Shown: one piece after another, positions 31,311 through 44,444 of the stretch
Layout: each line of letters starts with the position of its first letter
Position numbering within the stretch: position 1 is the stretch's first letter
Assembly: GCF_009914755.1 (NCBI RefSeq)
Contig: NC_060934.1
Length of the DNA: 64,000 nucleotides
Direction: 5' to 3' (one strand)
Origin: the human T2T-CHM13v2.0 reference genome, Homo sapiens
Program-made: the position numbers and the translations under genes
Notes under the pieces: generated by a model
The model's database searches: none
Told to the model about the DNA's origin: nothing
Seen by the model: the letters and a program-made list of their open reading frames with translations, nothing else

Positions 31311-31469
31311 GGGGAGAAAGATCTTACAGCATTAATGGGAATCGGCAATCCTTCATCCTCACTGAGCAAGCGATGCGAAGATTCTCTAGCTGCTATATAA
31401 GGGATTCAAATGGCCATAAGCTTTGCCACTACAGTTATTAATATTAAGATTCCCATTTCTCTCTGTTGT

Positions 31470-32178
31470 CTCTGCCACTTCATAAGTCCAAGCCCACATC
31501 ATCTCTCTCCTGGATTGCATTCACCTGCTAACGAGCCTCCAGTTAGCACTTCCCCTTTTACAATTTATTCTCTAAACAGCAGTTGGAGTTGCCTTTTGAA
31601 AAGTCAAATATAGTCATTTCATTTCTTTCTCAAAAGCCTTCAAGCATCTGATTGTTTTCAGTGTTTGGGCCAAAATGTTGACTTGTAAATGGCCTGCAAG
31701 ATCCGACTATGCCAACACCCTCTCCACCCATATCTAGTCCCCTTCTTCACCTTTTTCTCAGTGCTCTAACCATACTGGCATTCTTCCACTTCCTCAAGGA
31801 TGTTACCTGCCTTCCTTTTTCAAGTTCTTCGTATCTGCTGTACTCTCTTGATACAATGCTCTTCCATCTACTTCTCAGCTAACCCACTGTGACTCATCCT
31901 TCATATTTCAGATAGATGTAATATACCCATTATATGCTCCCAGGACATTCTGCCTTTATCTTGCGTGATATTTATCATACTTGGAATTACTCATTGAATA
32001 CCTCCTGTTTCATTACATGGATGCTCCCTGAGGGCATATTTGCCTTATTTAGCTCTATGTTGCCTTAGAATCTGGTTAGTTCCCTGTCTTATGGTAAGAT
32101 TCCAATAATTATTTATTGAATCAAGAGGTGATTCTAGTAGGAGTTTATTAAATATTTGTGGAATAAGTGAATGGATTA
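31470..32178 (+). mobile_element. L2 LINE 3' region
   Basis: catcatctctctcctggattg...catactggcattcttcc...aaatatttgtggaataagtgaatgga. Confidence 0.7.
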
Positions 32179-32564
32179 CAGTGGGATTGGCAGAGAATCC
32201 CCAAAAAAAGATCAGGTCAGTTGGATAGCCTACAAATATGTGAACTTGAGGTTGTTCCAGTCTGATTTGCAGAGCCATTTATTTCTCTACAAAATTCTGT
32301 GTATGGGATTAGAATTAGACTGGTTAATGTACAGGATTAATAATCAGCAAGTAAATGTATAGTGAAACTAGATAATTTCAGATTTGCTTGTTCAAAATTT
32401 ATGATGATCCCAAAGTTTTTGCTATTTGTAAAAGGAAGCTTTTCTGAAGGATGTGGTTAATTGAGCTTTTTAATATACCACTGGTGGGAGTATAGATTGG
32501 TACTACCTTCTTGCAAAGTAGGTTGGGAATATCAGTAGCCTTAAGGAAGTGGAAACTATTTTGA

Positions 32565-32865
<301 letters not shown>

Positions 32866-34128
32866 CGTTGAGGAAACTTTTTTAGATAAATATTATAATC
32901 AGAAATTATAAAGATGAAGATTTACACATTAACATTTTAAATGCAGCCTTTTTTGCAATGAGTGAAAATTCAAAATTACAGAAATGTCAAACAGTAGTAG
33001 GCTGAATAAATTATGCCACATCTACACTGTTAATGTCAATAAAATTATGTGTTTAAATAATTTTCAAAAATAGAGACAGCTTATGATACCAATATTAAGT
33101 GAAAAATAAAGGCAACATCCATCAAAAAGAACTTTTATAGAAAATATTTGGAAGGAAATATATCAACATGCCTATATCTGTGTGTGGAGAGTTTTATGAA
33201 TGCTTTTGACTTCCTTCCTTTAGATTTTTCATAATCTCATTTATCAACTCCCACACTAGTCATGGCCTAACAACAAAAACAAAAACAACAAAACTAAGAA
33301 AACTTTAAGTGTGGATTCTTTTGAGCAAATGAAAAACATACAAATGACAATTTTGGAAAGCAAATGAAGGAAACAGTGGGACACTTAACTTCCTGCTTTT
33401 AAAACTTCAAGTACATTTATTTATTGAGCAGCTCCCATTGGAGAATGTTATGACCACCCTGCCCTGCATGTCTACACTGATGTCCCTCTGTGATGTGAGA
33501 TAAGTAAACTGAGTGATGTCTATGTCTGTTCCATTCAGCAATCCACACCTGTTATTGGCTCATTCAATAGGAAGGTACTCATGTGTAAGACATGCTCGTA
33601 ATTTACATTCTAACCTGAAATAGTGCCTTGACTCCAAATAATAAATTCTCCATGGTGGATGCTAAAGTCTTTAGAGCAGTCCTTGCATGGTGAGGTGGCA
33701 CAGATTTATGATACTCAGAGTTCTTTCTAGTGCTTCTCAAAGTCAGCAATTATTCACGTGCAACAATTCTCACCATTGCAAAGGGCACTTCCATGTCTGT
33801 TGTTTCTTCAGAGGAGTACATAGTAACTGCTATCAACCCATTTTACAGCTAAGTTAAAAAGAGCTAATGTGACTTTACAATAGTCGCAGAATAGGAAGAG
33901 ACACAGTAAGATTCCAGCTCAGGGCTTTCAATTGCAAATCTTGCTCAGTTATCAAGATGAGAAGCATCTCCTCTACCCATATTTAAAACTATGGCTGTAT
34001 TTAAGAATTAAAAATACAAAGGCATTTGCTTTGGATCAACAGTCTGCTGTGCTCTGATTCCCACAAATACCAGTGTATGGACAATAACACATGCCGTATG
34101 CCTGGCACTATTAGAAAACCCATGATAT

Positions 34129-34393
<265 letters not shown>

Positions 34394-34459
34394 TCATTTT
34401 GCCCACGTCCACCTAACACATGATAAGTGCTCAAAACATGGGTATTGAACAACACTTTA

Positions 34460-34605
34460 AAGTAGATTTTAACACTATCTTTCATTTAAAAATGAGGAAA
34501 CTGAGGCACAGATCAGATTAAGTTACTTTGTCAATGATGTACCTCAAATATACATGATTAATTTGGGGTTCACACGGAAGCAGTCCAGTCTGAGCATCTA
34601 TGCTT
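34460..34605 (-). mobile_element. MIR SINE
   Basis: catttaaaaatgaggaaactgaggcacaga. Confidence 0.7.
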
Positions 34606-34624
34606 GTCAAATGTGTAGGATGAA

Positions 34625-34820
34625 GCAGTTTCACTAGATTTCCAGACGGGGCCACATGTCAGTATTGTTTGAAGAGCTTGTTCTTTCTATAAATATTGGG
34701 GTCTGCTACAGAGGTTCTGATTAAATGAGTCTGGAGTGGGGTGTGATCATCTGTATGTTAACCAACACATTCAAGTGGTTGGGAAGCAGTCTGTAAGTCA
34801 AATATTTGAAAACACAGTTT
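34625..34820. mobile_element. MER5-like MITE
   Basis: cagaggttctgattaaatgagtctggagtgggg...atctgtatgttaac...tttgaaaacacag. Confidence 0.5.
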
Positions 34821-34824
34821 AAAA

Positions 34825-35030
34825 TTGTGGCTTGGGACTCAGTTGCAGATCTGAGCCCCGGCCACTTACTTTGTGATGGAGAAAATTGCATAAACTTTCT
34901 AACTTTAAGTGACTCATCTGCAAAATGGGGATATAAACAAAAGCTCTCACAGTGAAGGTATGAGGAGTCAATGAAAAACCAATTGCTTAGTACAATGCCT
35001 TGTAAGTAGTAGTTACTCACTAAATAAATT
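34825..35030 (+). mobile_element. MIR SINE
   Basis: ctcatctgcaaaatggggata...gcttagtacaatgcct...ctcactaaataaa. Confidence 0.75.
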
Positions 35031-36209
35031 TTAATAAAAACAGTTATCTTTATTAAAATTATTCTATAATGACTATTAATACTTTATTAATTCAAACTAA
35101 AATTAGTACTAAAATGACTGTTAATTTATCATATTAACTAATTATCCTATTATTGTTGTTTTTATCATTATAAAAGCCAGTTGTGTTCTGCAATTCTGCT
35201 GCTGAGCAGGATTTGAGTGAGCTGACCCAGCTTAGCTCTGGGAAAGCAGCCCCGAAAACTCAGGCTGCAGCAGAAATAACAGAGAAGGCTCTCACTTGTT
35301 TACTTAAGCCCATGCAGCAGGCGGCCCACACAGCCTCAGCATTATCAATATGGATTTTGAAATCACCCACGGCTAATAGCCCAAATTAAGAGCCTCGGGG
35401 TGACTCCAGAGCAATTGAGAAAGAAAATCCATACCTTCACTATGGATGCCAGGAGCTGTTCAAGGAGAGAGGTCTATATTAATTAACAGCTGTGAATACT
35501 GTAAAAGCTGGTGCATTCAGGAGAGAGAGAGAGGCAGTTAAAATTAACCAAACACAAGAATCTCATAGGGTTCCCCAAGTTAGGAAGCAGAGACAGCTGC
35601 CCCTGGAAAGGGTGGGCTGGAGACTGCCCTGCCTCACGGGGGCATGGAGTCTGGCGCATGCTCCTACCCACCTAGTACCCCACTGCTCACAGCAGCCTCT
35701 AGGGCATGCCTGTCCTTCTGGCATTAGCTATCAACTTTAGGAACATTGAGATTTAGTGTGTGCATAAAATCCTGTGGTCCTTTTGTACTGCAGCAAAATC
35801 ACTCAACTGCAGTGACCTCCTTTCTCAGAGTCCCTCCTGGATTCTTTGCAAGGCAGGAGACTCAATGTAAAGATGATTCTACTAATAAAGAGGGCTGAGG
35901 ATGTGAAAACAACGGTCATTATCCTGCAGCAGCCTCCCCCAGGTGCTTTGCACATAGGAGGGCTGATTCCTAAGAACACTTACAATCTCTGGGGAGAAAA
36001 TAACAAACACTGAGGAAAAACTGTGTGCCCAGAGCGCATAATAATCAAGGCAGTAATATTAAATAGCATGCTTTGAAGCCAGGTGCCTTGGGTTTGAGAC
36101 CTGATGGTCATTTCCTACCTAAATTTAGGTAAGTCACTTAACATTCTTCTATTTCCTATCTGTGATATGAGACTAAAGAGTCCTTAAAGTATCTTCCATA
36201 TATTGCAGG

Positions 36210-37860
36210 CTATTCACATTTTATTCATATGTTATTTCTCTATACACTTCCTCTTAGTTGATCTCATCCAGTAGTGTGGCTTTAAGTACCATCAATATGC
36301 TAAAGACAACACATTTTAATCTCCAGCCAGGACAACTGTCCTGAAACCCAGACTATATGAAAACCTGTTGACTCACTGCCTTTTCAATATCTATTAGGCA
36401 CCTAAACCCTAACATGCCCCAAAATGAATTCCTCTGAGGTAAATGCACCTGAGAGCAATAACTTCAGCATACTCTTAGAATGACCCTATGTGGCAGGTGC
36501 ACCTGAGTGTGTGTTCCTAGCTAGGGAATCTGGGAGTGGCCAACTTGGAGATTCGTTCCTTATCTATCATGAGCATCTGAGCTCCATGTCTGTCCTATGG
36601 AACATGGGCCATAGAAGGGATGGAGGCCCTGAGTTTGGGTTAAATGAAGGTTGCCAGGTGGAGGTCATTAGTGGGAGGGTGTTAAGTGAAAGTGCTCTAT
36701 AAACTGCGTGCTATTTGCAGGTGGTTGTGGTTTCCTGCTCAGCCTGTTGCCACTGGTGTGGTTATGTTACCCATCCCACCACCACTGGACTGCATGTAAG
36801 ATGCCTCTCTTGTCCAGCCCACCACCACTGTACTCTCTGTTTTATATGTAAGTCCTAGTAAAACGCTTTGCCTTGTTTGCTGGCTCTGGGTCTCTTCTTC
36901 AGCCTCTTGAACCTGGTGCCTTCCCTATTGTGGTTAATAGGGATTTGGCACCATAGCTCCTGGCATTCCATTTCCAAACCTACTGGTCCGATAACCATCC
37001 TGGTCACAGGTGATGGCTCAGGCCAAAAATATTGGAGTTGTCTTTGTTCTTGTACTCCTCATGACCAGTCTGTCAGCAAATCCTATTGGCTCCGTCTTCA
37101 AAGTATATCTACAGCTGACCTCTTTTCAGCATGTCCAACGCTACCATTCTGGACCAAGCCAGCATCATTTTTACATAGATCCTATCCAGCATTTCTTAAC
37201 AGGATACCCCAAATTTGCCTTTCCTCCCTCCCAGCTCGGTTTGGTCTATTTCTAGCACAGCAGACAGAATGAGTCTGTTAAAACGTAAGTCAAATCACGT
37301 GACTCCTCTTCTCAAAATCTTTCGAGGTTTCCCTTCTCACTCACAGTACAAGACAGTCCTTGCTTTGGCCTACAAAGCCCTAGTTGATTTTCCTGTTGCC
37401 CCTGCCATCACCTCTCTGGCCACGTTCCTCCTCTTGTCCCACCTGTTCACTCTGAACCAGCTATGTCAGCTGCCTTGCTGTTCCCTGCACCTGACAAGCA
37501 AGCTTCTGTCTCGGGGTCTTTGCATTGCTGGACTGCTTCCTTGAACTTTTTTTCCTCATGAAGCTCACTCTTTTTACTATTTTCAGGGGTTTCTGCTCAC
37601 GTATACCATGCTTTCCCTGACCCCTCTGTTACACTAGCAACTTGCCTTGCTCCTTTGCACTGACCTGCTTGCTTTTCTCCATTAGCTATGTTATGTATTT
37701 AATTATTATGTCACCTTTCAACTAGGATATGAAATCCATAAGAGCATTAACCCATCTGTTTTGTTCTCTACTATGTTCCCCCAACACTTAGAACAGGATC
37801 TGGTACCTAGAAGGAAGGTAATTTATATTTCTTAAATCGATGAATGTATGAATGAACGAT
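36210..37860 (+). mobile_element. L2a LINE split by an LTR insertion
   Basis: gatctcatccagtagtgtggctttaagtaccatc...cagcaaatcctattggctccgtcttcaaagtatatc...gatgaatgtatgaatgaa tail. Confidence 0.85.
36433..36955 (+). mobile_element. LTR47-like ERVL solo LTR
   Basis: aaatgcacctgagagcaataact...gctctataaactgc (TATA)...gctctgggtctcttcttcagcctcttgaacctggtgcc; interrupts the L2a. Confidence 0.75.
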
Positions 37861-38249
37861 TATCATCAGAACATGTGACTTGGCTCCCAAAATTTCCTCA
37901 TGAGAAAAAATTTAGATTTATAATTTCTTCTAATGCCCTCTTTTGAAATCCTGACCCATAGATAGACAGATAAGTAGATAGATAGGTAGAGTTACAAATC
38001 TAAATTTCATATCGAAAGAAATAATTAAAAAAAACATACACACATATACATGCATCTATCTATATATTTCCACTTAGATGCCTCAATAGCACCTTAATAA
38101 ATATAAGCAAAACTGTATCCTTTCTAGAAAGGGAGTTGTACATGGTGGTTAAGAGCCTGACTCTGAGCGCTTAAATAAGTTGCCTAATGTTGCACAGCCA
38201 GCCACACAAAATAGGTTCCATATCTGTAAAATGAGGTAGCAGTAACATG

Positions 38250-39156
38250 CAGGGTAGACTATATAATTTGCAGAGCCTACTACAAAAGGAAATGCAAGGC
38301 CTCTTGTTCAAAAGAGTAGGATAAAATACTATTAAAGGTACTAAGATATAGAATTTTTCAGTGTTTTTTGGTTTTCATTTTTGCTATTTAACGTCATACT
38401 CCCTCAGGTAAGGAAGTACACAGGCAGACTCTCACAAGTGTGCAGGAGCCCCACCCTGCCACAGAAGGTAGCAGCAGGTCATCCAGCTGCCAGACCAAGG
38501 CACCATGCCCCACCCTCATCAGGGAAATCAATTTCTAGTGCCAGGAATCCACTTCCCCACCCCATGGCTGACAGGTGATCCTCCAAGGTTTCAACCTCTG
38601 TGCCAGGATATGCTCAGTACCTGGATTGAGAGGCTTGTCCCTGGCAAGTCACCCACCAAACACACTATCTATTGTGCTGCCAGCCCAGGGCAGGAACAGC
38701 TGCCCCCATGTGCCTGACCTCCATCTTACACACTGCTGCAGAGGCCCCTGCTGGGAACAAAGGATGGATGTGGGATGCAGCCCTTTCCCAGCCCCAACAC
38801 ACAACACAGTTGGTCACTGCAGGAGAGGGAGTAGTGGCGAAGCTGGCAGTGGTCATGAGGAAGTGATGGAGAGAGGGACTCCTGGTGGGGCCCCAGTACC
38901 AAGGAGCTGGGAGCAGGCAGCCAAGAACCCATCCGGAGAGGGTAGGGGAGGTGAAATGTTTCTGGGCTGAGACCGCAAGCCCTCTAGCACTCACTATTTT
39001 CCCATGCAGTTTGGCTTATGAAAGATAGTCAACGATAAAAATTATTAGGAATTTCAAGACAGAGACCACAGAGCCTTAGAGCCCAAGTCTGGGGCCCTCT
39101 GAGCACCAGCACTTTTCCACTGAGCTGTAGCGTGCCCACCCATGAGTCCTGCCCTG
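38250..39156 (-). mobile_element. MER45B/C-type hAT-Tip100 DNA transposon inserted in a MIR
   Basis: caggg...ccctg termini; ends match MER45 (ataatttgc...ttgttcaaaa; aaaaattattaggaatttcaagac); MIR continues on both sides (about 38130-38249 and 39157-39255). Confidence 0.75.
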
Positions 39157-41394
39157 AACAGGTCACATAGTGCGGAGGCCAAGGTTAAGTGAGTTAATAT
39201 ACTTACACGGCATGGGCTGCTGCCTAACAGACTCTCAATTTGAGCTAGTTACTGAGGTTACCTTCAAATTGCCCCTACACTTGCTCTTCTACCAGTGTTG
39301 GAGTCTCAAAAGAAGGCATCGTTTTAAAATGTAAATCCAATCATGTTTTTCCTCTGCTTCAAATATTTAAGTTGCTTTGCACTAAAAATGAAGTTCCAAC
39401 TCTTCATGTGACCTGTAAGTCTCGGTGGCAATCTTTCCCAGGTCCCCCCACCCTCCACCCTCACCCCATTCCCCTCTTGTCACTCATGCCCTGTAAGCAC
39501 GGCCATTCTGAACATGGGCTTCTTCCCAATAGAGGTCCTTGGCCAGATTAAGGGAAAGGAGGAGCTCCGGACAGAAGGACCAGCCTGTGCGAAGCCTGAG
39601 TCATTTTTTGGTTTGAAAATGTTACTGTTTCATAGAGGTTTATTTTGAGCTTTCTGACCAGTTAACTCCTATCCTGTGATGCACTCTCATAATACTCTGT
39701 ATTCTTTCTTTAGAGAACTTATAACAATTCTAAATATAATAAGCTATTTTCAGGTTATTTAATGTGTCTTTCTCTAACTTAACTATAAGCATCAAGCAGG
39801 CAGATTCCCTATCTATCTTGTTCACTGTTAAATTACTGTGCCTAGTTGAGGGCCTGACACATGGTAGAGCCTCAATAAGGATTTATTGAATTAATTACAT
39901 TCAGTGCCTAATTTGCATTAGAATATATTTGTCCATAATTAGTTTAGGTTAAGTGTTTGGGAAAGATTACTGTTTAATACAGGCAAATACTGCTTAAGTT
40001 TCAGAAGATGACTTGTCTTAGGTTTCTCTCTCTTCTTGCTTGTTTCCTGGACATTTCAAATTGTACCTGTTTTGTGTTGAAAGCCATTTCTTCAGCCATC
40101 ATTTCCCAATATCCTTTTCCTCTATTCTTGTGTTATCACTCTTCAGCAGAAGATACGTACATATTCCCACTTGCCCAACCCAGCATTTGTTTTTGATTTC
40201 TTTCCCTGTCAGTGTCCAGCCACTGAGTCTCCTTATTTATTCAGTCCATAGTGTCTTTACATCACCATTCTCTGCACTTTTCCTATAAACTGTCTCATAT
40301 TATTTAAAGGTGTAAGGGGTTCAGTGATGCATCTTGCGGAAGAATCTCTGCAGAGGAAAATGGTCTTTTAAGTAAAGAAAGATACTGGTTTGCTTAAATA
40401 ACCTTGTCACATAAGCAGTGCTGTGCTTACCTGTAAGTTTCAGTTCTTTGTATTACACAGTTGACAATCACAAAATGAGTGCATAAAACAGAGCCAGTGC
40501 ACACAGCCACTGAGTTTCGGGAGCATTTTGAGATGATCCCTAATTTATTTGTCATTGTCTACAGCCTAGTAAGATCATGCTTCCTTTTCACCTTTCATTT
40601 TATCACTGTCTCTAATAAAGGAATACATTAATTTAATCCATAAATACAGATATGATGGTTTTATCCTGTGGCTATGAATAGTGCTTTAAAAGAATCAAAA
40701 ATGATAAACCAGTGTGGTAATTTACCATAATTCCAAAAATGAAATATTACTTTGAATTAGTCATGGCAGTAATACGTGGATAAGGAACTTTCAGTAAAAC
40801 CTAAGTGGAAGAGAACAAAGGCAGAGAGGAAACCCAATCTGAGGATGTGTAAGGTTTCTGGCTACTAATCTAGACAGTTGGGAAGAATAAATGCAAGCTG
40901 GAGGGCTCGGGAAAAATCTGCCCTGGGAGAAGATGCCCTTGTTTTTTTCTGGAAAGCCCGCCAAGTTTAGGAGACTTGCCACAGTTTAATTAAAGTCTGC
41001 CACTGATGTGAAAGCAAAGGAGCAAAAGAAATTAGGGCAGCAGAAAAACTAATGAAAGTCTAGAATCTCATTTTGAACTTTTCTCTCTATTATGCAAGAA
41101 ATATAACTTGTCAGATGTGTCCCTATTCACCATGACAAAGCCCTCAGGGAAGGAACATTCTGGACTGGGAGGAGAAAAGACCTGTAGTCAGGTCTCTTTT
41201 GACTGGACTGTTACTGCCTTTTTCAGTGAAAACTTTTGTTTGTTTTTAAACCAATTTGTAAAAGAGGGCAGCACAGATGGAACAGCTTCCAGCTGAACTA
41301 CATGAAAGTTGACTGAAACTTTGAGACCATAGACTAGAAAGGAAAGAACAGACCTTGGCAATCAGAGTTGGATTCACAGTTAGGCTTTACCACC

Positions 41395-42125
41395 TGTATT
41401 AATCAGTCTCCAGGGAAACAGAACCAATAGGCTGTATCCAATTTGGACGCTGCTAAGTCCAAAATCCATAGGGCAAGCCAGCAGGCTGAAAATTCGGGTC
41501 AGAGTCGCCTGTGGTAGTTTTGAGTCTGAATTCCACAGGGCAGGGCAGGCAGGCTGGAATCTCAGGCAGGCTTTTTATATTGCGGTCTACAGGCTGGATT
41601 TGTTCTTCAGAAAACTTCATTCTTTGTTCTTGAGGCCTTCAACTGATTGGATGAGGCCTACCACATTTCGGAGGATAACCTGCTTTGCTCAAAGTCTACT
41701 AATTTAAATGTTAATCACAGGCCAGGCATGGTGGCTCATACCTGTAATCCCAGCAGTTTGGGAGGCCAAGGCGGTCAGATTACTTGAGGTCAGGAGTTCG
41801 AGACCAGCCTAACCAACATGGTGAAACCCTGTCTGTACTAAAAATACAAAAATTAGCCAGGTGTAGTGGTGGGTGCTTGTAATCCCAGCTACTCAGGAGG
41901 CTGAGGCAGGAGAATCACTTGAACCCAGGGGTGGAGGTTGCAGTGAGCCAAGATCACAACAGTGTACTCCAGCCTGGGCAGCAGAGTGAGACTCCATTTC
42001 TAAATAAATAAATAAACATTAATCACAACTAAAACGAATATCTTCACAGCAATATCTAGTGTGGTGTTTGACCAAACAACTGGGCACCATCACCTAGCCA
42101 AGTTGACACATAAAATTATCTATTA
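41395..42125 (-). mobile_element. MLT2 (B/D-type) ERVL solo LTR split by an Alu
   Basis: ctccagggaaacagaaccaatagg...caactgattggatgaggcc...gccaagttgacacataaaatt. Confidence 0.82.
41720..42016 (+). mobile_element. AluS (Sz/Sx)
   Basis: Full Alu with (TAAA)n tail; TSD aaatgttaatcaca / aaacattaatcaca. Confidence 0.92.
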
Positions 42126-42129
42126 AGAA

Positions 42130-42350
42130 TGATATAATAGTTAATATTTATGTAGCACTCTGTATTTGCCAGGCACAAAGAACTCATTTAATTCTCGCAA
42201 CAACTCCACGAAGTTGGTGTTATTCTCATTTCATGGATGAGAAAACTAAGATACGGGAAAGTTAAGTAACTTCCCAAGATCACAGATAATAAGATGGAGA
42301 TCTGGGATCTGAATCCACCTAGCCTAACTCCAGAATTTGGGTTCTTACGC
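42130..42350 (-). mobile_element. MIR SINE
   Basis: ctcatttaattctcgcaacaactc...gatgagaaaactaag...gttaagtaacttcccaagatcaca. Confidence 0.8.
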
Positions 42351-43479
42351 GTCATGATATGACAAATTTATGCAATTAACTTATCTGAGCCTTCATTCTT
42401 TTATGGGAAAACATATGTAACAGCAAATAATGTATGTTGAGAGGAGGATTAAGTTAGAAAATGTATATAAGCAGCCTAGCACACTACCTAATATAGAGCA
42501 GGAGCTGAATAAATTTAGCTCTCTTCCCCTCCTTTAAAATTGTTAGCATTTTATATCTTACATCTGGAAGCCCTTTCACTTTATAAAGCCTCGTCAAAAA
42601 ATGATATTAAATATTATTATTTTTGTAATTATTTGTTTAATATTAATTTATCCAGATTGTCTCTAAAATTCATTTGGGCTAGAACCTGTATTATTACATG
42701 CTATTCCTCAGCACTAAGCTTGGCATGTAGTAAGTTATTTAATTCATTAAATGAATCAGTGAATAGAGTTAGAAATTGATGATTTTTATTCTCAGTTAGC
42801 AGATGAGAAACTGAGGCACAGAATAATCAAATGACTTTCCTTAGGGGTATACAATTTATGGTCAAGTGTGGAGTAACATATTTAGGCCTCCAGAGTTTCC
42901 CAATTTAATTTTTTTAATTCAAGAAAGCAGTGTCAGATATCAGCAGAGGCATATACAACCTTAAGGTTCTATTGGTCTCCTTGCCCAGTTGAAGTCTCAG
43001 AAACCTTAAATAAAATTCTAGTGTTGAACAATACAAACCTCCGTGCTTGGGTTCTATGAATGGGTCTTGATCAGTTTCTGAGAGCTGTTGACTCCAAAAA
43101 CCTTCATTTGGAGTGGGCTTTCTCAGATCAGGCAGATGAATAGCTCTGGAGATCAGTAATTAAGGGGTCAGTGATTCACACAAAACAATTCCACATTTAG
43201 ACACACATTTAGACTTTCTTCAAAAGGAAAAGGAAAAACCCACTTCTTTTTCCAGCTTTCATTCCTCCTGCTTTCTCACTTTCCTGGAAACTGATGAGAA
43301 GTACTTCTGTAATTTAAGCCTAATGACAAAGTGCAAAGTCATTACCCACTTTTATTAAATTGTCTTCTGTTTTATAGACCAATTGAAGGAATGACACATT
43401 ACCACAGAAATTTGTGTGCTCATCCCCCGCCAGCCGTTCCTCCTCCTGCCTTGGGTTTGCTGTCTTGGCTATGGAAGAC

Positions 43480-43730
43480 TGATCTTGGACTCAGAAATAC
43501 AGTACAAGGGACCACTTCTAGCCTGGACACTTACATGATGAGTGACTTTGGACAAATGATCAAACCTCTCTGTCTCACATGCTCACATATAAAAAGTGGG
43601 CAATAATTTCTACCCTGACTCCTTCATAGAGAAATCAGATTTTAATGAGGTGATTTATGTGAGAGTCATTTGACTAAGACAAACATAGATAAAACAAGAT
43701 AGTGTACCAACATAAACTGCCATTATTATT
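43480..43730 (+). mobile_element. MIR SINE
   Basis: gtgactttggacaaatgatcaaacctctctgtctca...ataaaaagtgggcaataat. Confidence 0.6.
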
Positions 43731-43855
43731 GCTACAGAATTTTTTAAAGGGAAATATATCTTGCTTGGTGTTGAGTTTCCTATACACATTAAATAAAAAG
43801 TCTAGATTTTAAGTACAAACAAATAGATAAGTAACTTACAATCTTTCAGAAATTA

Positions 43856-44407
43856 CAGTAGTCCCCATTTATCTGCAGCAGATACATTTCAAGATCCCCC
43901 AGTAAATGCCTGAAACTGCAGACAGTACCACACACTATATATGCTATGTTTTTTACCATACGTACGTACCTGTGATAAAGTCTAATTAATAAATTAGACA
44001 CAGTAAGAAATTAACAATAATACCTACTAATAAAACGGAACAACTATAACAATATGCCAGCACCACTATTCTTGTGCTTTGAGGCCATTATTAGGTAAAA
44101 TAAGGGTTACTTGAACACAAGCACTGTGATCCTGGGACTGCCAATCTGATAACCAAGAGGGCTGCTAAGCAACTAACGGGCAGTAGTTACAGCATGCATA
44201 TGCTGGACAAAGGGAAGGTTCGCTTCTTGGGCAGGACAAAGAGGAATGGCTCAAAATTTCCTCATGCTACTTAGAACAGCAGGCAATTTAAAACTTATGA
44301 ATTGTCTCTTTGGAATTTCCCTTTCAATATTTTCAACCTTGGTTGACCACAGGTAACTGAAGCTGTGTAAAGTAGAACCTCAGATAATGGATAACCAGGG
44401 ACTACTG
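43856..44407. mobile_element. MER44B-like TcMar-Tigger non-autonomous element
   Basis: TIRs cagtagtccc / gggactactg; TA on the left and CA (decayed TA) on the right; about 550 bp. Confidence 0.85.
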
Positions 44408-44444
44408 CACCTTCTTCTGGTCATTCTAACTTATCTTAGAACAC

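Noticed and set aside
35027-35060. 12-bp inverted repeat aattttaataaa...tttattaaaatt
   Set aside because: Very AT-rich low-complexity MIR tail region; expected by chance
38381-38994. GC-rich patch with several overlapping ORFs
   Set aside because: It lies inside the MER45-type transposon; there is no recognisable domain and CpGs are depleted, so it is not a gene or CpG island
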